Below the pieces are notes generated by a model. That model worked only from the letters and a program-made list of their open reading frames with translations. It ran no database searches and had not been told where the DNA came from. The position numbers were made by a program, and so were the translations under genes. A stretch of DNA of 64,000 nt from a virus: positions 1 through 64,000 of the IMG/VR virus record IMGVR_UViG_3300037234_000551; one strand, given 5' to 3'. Of this stretch, positions 59,636-64,000 are shown in pieces (position 1 is the stretch's first letter; every line of letters starts with the position of its first letter).

Positions 59636-60182
59636 GGATAAGTGGAACTCAAAGGCCTACTCACATAGAGCTGTTAATATGTTTATCTGCCCTCTCTGTG
59701 GTTGGGATTTAAAAATAACTGGTATACAGCAGGCTAGTGATTTTGTTCCTATTGGCGATAAAAAGATTAGATGGGCACACTACACTCTAAGATGTGGTAT
59801 GTCAAATAATTGTAAATTTGAAATTAAAACCTACTTTAGAAAGTGGAAACAGAGTTATACTTCTCGTCCCATGCCAATGACGAAACTTCAGAGGCATAAA
59901 ATACATAAAAAGATAAGGAAAAATGTTGATGCCAAATGGGAAAGTATGAATTACTATAACAAGTGTTTCTCAATGGATGTTTGTCCTGAGTGTGGAGAGA
60001 AACTTGTAATGGCCTTAACTACTGCTGGGACTGGTTTTAGTTATATACCACAACTTAGAGTTGAATGTTCACACAACCTAATAAAAGTTGGTGAAAAAAA
60101 CCATTGTAGTTTTTTAACAACTGCAATTATTAGTTTGGAGGTTGGAGGTCTTATGTACGCAAGGTTGGCACCCAATATATAG
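59601..60182 (+). CDS. tandem Zn-ribbon protein
   Basis: CPLCG...C...C and CPECG...C...C. Confidence 0.55.
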   Translation: MPNPFIPITKAEDKWNSKAYSHRAVNMFICPLCGWDLKITGIQQASDFVPIGDKKIRWAHYTLRCGMSNNCKFEIKTYFRKWKQSYTSRPMPMTKLQRHKIHKKIRKNVDAKWESMNYYNKCFSMDVCPECGEKLVMALTTAGTGFSYIPQLRVECSHNLIKVGEKNHCSFLTTAIISLEVGGLMYARLAPNI

Positions 60183-60183
60183 T

Positions 60184-60261
60184 ACGCACGTAGCTCAGTC
60201 TGGTTAGAGCATCGGGCTCCAAATCCGAGTGCCGGGGGTTCAAATCCCTCCGTGCGTGCCA
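60184..60261 (+). tRNA. trnW: tRNA-Trp(CCA)
   Basis: ACGCACG/CGTGCGT acceptor, GCTC/GAGC D stem, TCGGG-CTCCAAA-TCCGA, TTCAAAT T loop, G-CCA end. Confidence 0.93.
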
Positions 60262-60272
60262 TATGATTCTAT

Positions 60273-60346
60273 TGCCGGGTCGTCTAACGGTAGGACATAA
60301 GTCTTTGGAACTTATCATCGGGGTTCGAATCCCTGCCCGGCAGCCA
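60273..60346 (+). tRNA. trnQ: tRNA-Gln(TTG)
   Basis: TGCCGGG/CCCGGCA acceptor, TAAGT-CTTTGGA-ACTTA, TTCGAAT, G-CCA end. Confidence 0.93.
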
Positions 60347-60421
60347 CACTGTGTGGCCAAGTGGTTAAGGCAACGGATTGCAAATCCGTGATCCCCGGTT
60401 CGAATCCGGGCACAGTGTCCA
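60347..60421 (+). tRNA. trnC: tRNA-Cys(GCA)
   Basis: CACTGTG/CACAGTG acceptor, ACGGA-TTGCAAA-TCCGT, TTCGAAT, T-CCA end; starts immediately after the tRNA-Gln CCA. Confidence 0.93.
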
Positions 60422-60598
60422 AAGGATCTAAAATGAAGTTGCTATTACTAATATTAAAGAGGAAAGTAAAATGGAGTTTTTGTTCTGGATGCCTAATAAA
60501 AAGATGGAAGTTCAAGAGATGGTACGGAAATGAGGAAGAGTGTCGACTCGTTTGTCAATGTCCATTCTGTGGAACCCTTAGCTATACATAGGTGAGAG

Positions 60599-60853
60599 AT
60601 GTTATGTCCTTGTGATGAATGTTTGATTTCAACAATGTGTTCAGAGGAATGCCTTGATTTATATAGATTTATAAACAAGGCAGCAAATGGACTTATGTGC
60701 TTAAAACAAGGGGAGTATATAGAAACATTACCTAATAAATTAAGACAAAGAATTGAAGATTTTAGTTATCTAGACTTTCACTATATGATACGAAAATATT
60801 CTGATTGTACTGAAGTTAGCATAGAGAGGAAAAATAAGGAGAGGGTAATATGA
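60599..60853 (+). CDS. small CX2CX5CX3C family protein
   Basis: CPCDECLISTMCSEEC. Confidence 0.6.
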   Translation: MLCPCDECLISTMCSEECLDLYRFINKAANGLMCLKQGEYIETLPNKLRQRIEDFSYLDFHYMIRKYSDCTEVSIERKNKERVI

Positions 60854-61146
60854 TTTATCCTTGCAAAGATTGTCTAGTTGATCCAATGTGTTCTGATAAG
60901 TGTATTGATTATCTTGCATTTGTCAATAGCTCAGCAGATAACCTAGGTGAAATGAGTGCTGACGAAATTGCATATATAATAACGGAAGTTCCACTTGAGA
61001 TAAGAAGGAAGATTCAAAAATTTGTTAGTGAGGGAGTTCGTTACGCTGAGGATGTCCAGAGGAATTTTTATAGAGGAATTGAGATACACGGTTTTCGAAC
61101 AGAGGAATCAAGCGAATGCTCAACTACCCTTGTAGGAATTGCTTAG
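60850..61146 (+). CDS. small CX2CX5CX3C family protein
   Basis: YPCKDCLVDPMCSDKC. Confidence 0.6.
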   Translation: MIYPCKDCLVDPMCSDKCIDYLAFVNSSADNLGEMSADEIAYIITEVPLEIRRKIQKFVSEGVRYAEDVQRNFYRGIEIHGFRTEESSECSTTLVGIA

Positions 61147-61370
61147 TAGTCATTACATGCTCAGAGGAGTGTGATGATCTTCGTAGTTTTTTAGAAAACA
61201 CTGCTGATATATATTACTTATTTACACAAGACGAACTCATCTCATACAGAGAGTTGCCGAATTCTGTAAGAAGTAGAATTTTTGATATGGCCTTTGTTGA
61301 TGGTAGGGCCAGTAAACAATTATACCGAAAAAGAAGGGAGGAGCTTTATGGAGAATGTGCTACTGCTTAA
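61116..61370 (+). CDS. small CX2CX5CX3C family protein
   Basis: YPCRNCLVVITCSEEC. Confidence 0.6.
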   Translation: MLNYPCRNCLVVITCSEECDDLRSFLENTADIYYLFTQDELISYRELPNSVRSRIFDMAFVDGRASKQLYRKRREELYGECATA

Positions 61371-61869
61371 TGCTGACTACACTTACTTGTGTTCGGTTCG
61401 TTGGCAAAGGGCGGTATGCCTTATGATTCAGAACAAAGTTGAAGTTTTGAAGCATGGTGACCGTCAAGTTGCTAACGTTGGGCGGACCGTCGTGATCACT
61501 CTTCCTTTGATCCTACGGCTACTGAGAATGGTCCGCTCAATTTACAAGAACAAAGTCCCATTTAGACCAAAGAATGTGATAATCCGGGACAACTGGACTT
61601 GTCAGTACTGCGGTAGCACGGATAAAGGAAATTTAACAATAGATCATCTAATTCCAAAGTCACGCAACGGAAAACATAATTTTGAAAACTGTGTGGCTTC
61701 TTGTAAAGATTGCAATAACAAGAAAGGCAATAGGACTCCAAGAGAAGCAAATATGTTTATCAAGAGGCAACCCTATCAGCCTACCATTTCTGAATTTCTC
61801 ATGCTGAGAATGAAAGAATACGGAATCCATGATCTATTGAAGGAGATATGGTGTGACTGCTCAAAGTGA
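61348..61869 (+). CDS. HNH endonuclease (McrA/HNH_5-type)
   Basis: VLLLNADY..W.RAV N-terminus; RDNWTCQYCG, TIDHLIPKSRNG, NCVASCKDCNNKKG; GGAGG RBS before ATG 61348. Confidence 0.9.
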   Translation: MENVLLLNADYTYLCSVRWQRAVCLMIQNKVEVLKHGDRQVANVGRTVVITLPLILRLLRMVRSIYKNKVPFRPKNVIIRDNWTCQYCGSTDKGNLTIDHLIPKSRNGKHNFENCVASCKDCNNKKGNRTPREANMFIKRQPYQPTISEFLMLRMKEYGIHDLLKEIWCDCSK

Positions 61870-62006
61870 ATGGAAAGCGATGCATGAACTAAGTTGGTTA
61901 GGTAGAATGTGGAGAAAGGTACAACTTTACTTCACAGGTCATTGGACGCTCTGTGATGAATGTAGGCGATTTAGTCCTCAACTGTATTGTCCATGGTGTT
62001 AAACGT

Positions 62007-62198
62007 CTTGGTGGCGATGTGGCGGCAACACATCTGCGTCTCAAAGACCTCAGACGCAACAGTCCTAAGTAGGTTAAAACTGAAAGGGCGGTTACCTCAA
62101 ACAACAGGGTAACGACAAATTAGTAGATCCCCTGCTCGGGAAGAGTGAGGCACTACTAGAAATGGTTTACCGTGTCGGCGAAAATCCGGCCCACCAAG
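62007..62198 (+). ncRNA. candidate structured ncRNA with tRNA-like ends
   Basis: Terminal stem CTTGGTGG/CCACCAAG; hairpins GATGTG/CACATC, TGCGTCT/AGACGCA, GTTACC/GGTAAC, TAGTAG/CTACTA; T-arm-like GTCGG-CGAAAAT-CCGGC adjacent to the 3' strand. Confidence 0.55.
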
Positions 62199-62288
62199 TT
62201 AAATATCTTGGCCGAGCGTGACCCAGCACGTCCGGGAGCTCTGACTGGACTATATTCAACTCCCGGGTCAATTTTAAGGAGAGGAAAA

Positions 62289-62498
62289 GTGAAGAAGGAG
62301 AAATTTATGGACTGCCTGTCGACTGCCTTTGGATATGGAATTCAGCAACGAAGCAGTAGAAATGAGAGTGTTGCCACTATCATAGCTTGGTGTGGTTATG
62401 CTAAGCTACCGAAGCCTCATACAAAAGCAATTTATGAAGCTTATAAGGCAGGACGTTGTGAGAAAAGTGCAAGAGTGGGCAAAATGGAGGACTTATGA
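62289..62498 (+). CDS. hypothetical protein
   Basis: 3' part of ORF 62172..62498; AAGGAGAGG RBS before the GTG. Confidence 0.4.
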   Translation: MKKEKFMDCLSTAFGYGIQQRSSRNESVATIIAWCGYAKLPKPHTKAIYEAYKAGRCEKSARVGKMEDL

Positions 62499-62932
62499 GT
62501 AAGCTGAGAGAGAGAGAGGATGTTATGAGTATTGAGAGATGGAGAGAATTAGCCGAAAGGGGAACATCTGGGGATATGGTTTATGGTATTCTCAGAGATT
62601 GGAAAGAAGAAGTTAAACAATTACAACAGTGGGTAGATGATCTTCAGTCTGAGATGTACATTAACTGTGTGTATTGTGGTCATCGCTATGGTCCACAGGA
62701 TGAAGTGCCTGCTACTATGGCAGAAGCACTGAAAGAACATATTGAAATATGTGAAAAACATCCAATGATGAAGATAAGGATTGACAACGCTGAACTAGCA
62801 AGTAAGTTACTTCATAGGGAGAAGGAAGTAGAACCTCTAAGAGAGAATGTAAGAGGACTCTTTGAGATTATTGAGCTACTTAAAGAGCAGATAAAGGAGC
62901 TCCAAGATGGCAAAACTAATGATAGTAGTTGA
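62495..62932 (+). CDS. hypothetical phage protein with Zn finger and coiled coil
   Basis: NCVYCGHRY...EHIEICEKHP. Confidence 0.6.
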   Translation: MSKLREREDVMSIERWRELAERGTSGDMVYGILRDWKEEVKQLQQWVDDLQSEMYINCVYCGHRYGPQDEVPATMAEALKEHIEICEKHPMMKIRIDNAELASKLLHREKEVEPLRENVRGLFEIIELLKEQIKELQDGKTNDSS

Positions 62933-63125
62933 TGTACCTGAAGTCTCATATAATAAACTACGAAGAGCAATGTTAGAACATCGAGATATTGGTGGAGTTT
63001 CTTTTGAAAAGAAAGGTACTGTTACTATTAGTAGTTATATAATAGAAGAGGCTCGACAGAAAGATATTCCGGCCTATGATCCATCAACACTTTATGAGTT
63101 TGGAATAATAGGAGTGAGACCTTAG
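62907..63125 (+). CDS. hypothetical protein
   Basis: AAGGAG RBS, 72 aa. Confidence 0.45.
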   Translation: MAKLMIVVDVPEVSYNKLRRAMLEHRDIGGVSFEKKGTVTISSYIIEEARQKDIPAYDPSTLYEFGIIGVRP

Positions 63126-63130
63126 TTAGA

Positions 63131-63210
63131 GTGTCGGTGGCCCGAATTGGTAAAGGGCGCAGGGTTGTGGCCCCTGTTGAGCGTGGGTTCGATTCCCACC
63201 CGACACCCCA
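63131..63210 (+). tRNA. trnH: tRNA-His(GTG)
   Basis: GTGTCGG/CCGACAC acceptor, GCCC/GGGC D stem, CAGGG-TTGTGGC-CCCTG, TTCGATT, C-CCA end. Confidence 0.92.
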
Positions 63211-63223
63211 TGAAAGGATATCA

Positions 63224-63502
63224 ATGCATGAACTACAAGATTGTGTGAAATATTTGCGTAAGAGCATTCATAATGCTCATATGATTAAAGTTATACCTAT
63301 TGTTGTGGTACTGGATGCCGATGGAGAATTGATACATAATCACATGGAGCATCCAGAACCAATTACTAGACCTCAACTTATAAAAATTTTGGCCAACTTA
63401 CATGAACAAGTTGCTAAAGATTATAATAATCTAAAAAAGACAGCAGCAGATCCAAAGGAAGCAGAAAGAATTCTACATTGTTTAAGTGGACCAATCCCAT
63501 AG
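63224..63502 (+). CDS. hypothetical protein
   Basis: AAGGA RBS before ATG 63224; 92 aa; 3' end overlaps the first array repeat. Confidence 0.5.
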   Translation: MHELQDCVKYLRKSIHNAHMIKVIPIVVVLDADGELIHNHMEHPEPITRPQLIKILANLHEQVAKDYNNLKKTAADPKEAERILHCLSGPIP

Positions 63503-64000
63503 AGCAACCCAAACACAACGAGTGAACCAGCCCATGAGAGCAATCCAAACACAGAGAGTGAACCAGTTTGAGTTAGTAAACCAATGACGAAGAGTGAACC
63601 TTCTACCATCAGAAAACCATACGATGAGAGTGAACCAAGTGAAGAGGAGAAATCCATTGGGACAGAGTGAACCAACAGTCCATAGAAACCTAGATAGTAA
63701 AGTGAACCAATGCTATCCAGTTAACCTGAGCGGAGGAAGTGAACCAGAAGTCCGCAGTAACCAACGAACATGAGTGAACCACGAACACGAAATAAACCAG
63801 CCGAGATTAGTGAACCAGAGTATGTCAGAATCCAACAAAAGAAAGTGAACCAGTCTGTATAAGATAACCTATAGAAACTAGTGAACCAGTATGGTAAAGA
63901 AATCCTTTGCGGTCAAGTGAACCATGGAGCCCGAGTAACCCGGTGATCATGTAGTGAACCACGGGATGCCAGTAAACCACTCCTTTTCAGTGAACCTGTA
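63485..64000 (+). repeat. dual-repeat guide-RNA-like array (TIGR-type), ~36-nt units, truncated by window end
   Basis: AGTGAACC at 63521, 63557, 63593, 63629, 63666, 63701, 63738, 63773, 63809, 63844, 63880, 63916, 63953, 63989 (plus degenerate AGTGGACC at 63485), alternating with a looser AGWAAHCC-type repeat; mostly unique 10-11 nt segments between repeats. Confidence 0.85.

Noticed and set aside
60041-60591. ORFs 60041..60262, 60151..60360, 60315..60515 and the 5' part of 60361..60591
   Set aside because: They overlap the Trp/Gln/Cys tRNA genes and are translations of tRNA sequence.
61348-61869. HNH protein as the array effector (TasH) or as IscB
   Set aside because: Only 173 aa with an ordinary stand-alone HNH architecture; no room or motifs for a Nop domain, RuvC or PLMP.
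62007-62198. tmRNA or intron-containing tRNA
   Set aside because: Lacks the tmRNA 5' signature and Ala acceptor identity, has a non-canonical T loop, is too short, and shows no recognisable group I intron core or tag ORF.
321-63267. Numerous short minus-strand ORFs in the ORF track
   Set aside because: Nearly all are antisense shadows of longer + strand genes or RNA elements, with no recognisable motifs.
63485-64000. CRISPR array or coding tandem repeat (including minus-strand ORF 63421..63675)
   Set aside because: Repeats are 8 nt and spacers about 10 nt, with two alternating repeat types and no cas genes; 35/37-nt units break frame, and the minus-strand ORF is just a translation of the first regular units.
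1-64000. Genome-wide stop-codon reassignment (TGA or TAG)
   Set aside because: Long conserved genes are intact in the standard code and end in TAA, TAG and TGA; only one in-frame TGA at a conserved Cys was found.

Overview
A 64-kb, AT-rich, densely coding segment in which essentially every credible gene lies on the + strand (standard genetic code). It is most consistent with part of a large (jumbo-type) bacteriophage or similar large extrachromosomal element; no capsid or terminase gene is visible, so the viral call is an inference. It encodes two complete, unsplit two-barrel RNA polymerases (beta'-like then beta-like, at 17.1-24.5 kb and 52.0-57.9 kb). Replication and recombination genes include a LigD/AEP-type primase-polymerase, type IIA topoisomerase B and A subunits, an SF2 helicase, SbcD/SbcC and a probable SSB. 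Also present are a MoxR-type AAA ATPase plus VWA/metallopeptidase pair, QueD, two radical SAM proteins, an HNH nuclease, four canonical tRNAs (Trp, Gln, Cys, His) and one aberrant Leu-like tRNA. Main findings: (1) a non-coding dual-repeat array with about 36-nt period at 63485-64000 (AGTGAACC-N10-AGWAAHCC-N10, 14 complete units, running off the window end), with the architecture of a TIGR guide-RNA array and no Nop-domain effector inside the window; (2) a ubiquitin-like conjugation locus (E2-like, JAB, E1, Ubl, then a second E1-Ubl fusion and a UBC-type E2) directly upstream of the second RNAP; (3) a DUF411 gene with an in-frame TGA at a conserved Cys position followed by a SECIS-like hairpin (probable selenoprotein); (4) several unexplained structured RNAs, including a 190-nt element with tRNA-like ends and a 39-bp G-U-compatible hairpin; (5) a six-member family of small CX2CX5CX3C proteins.
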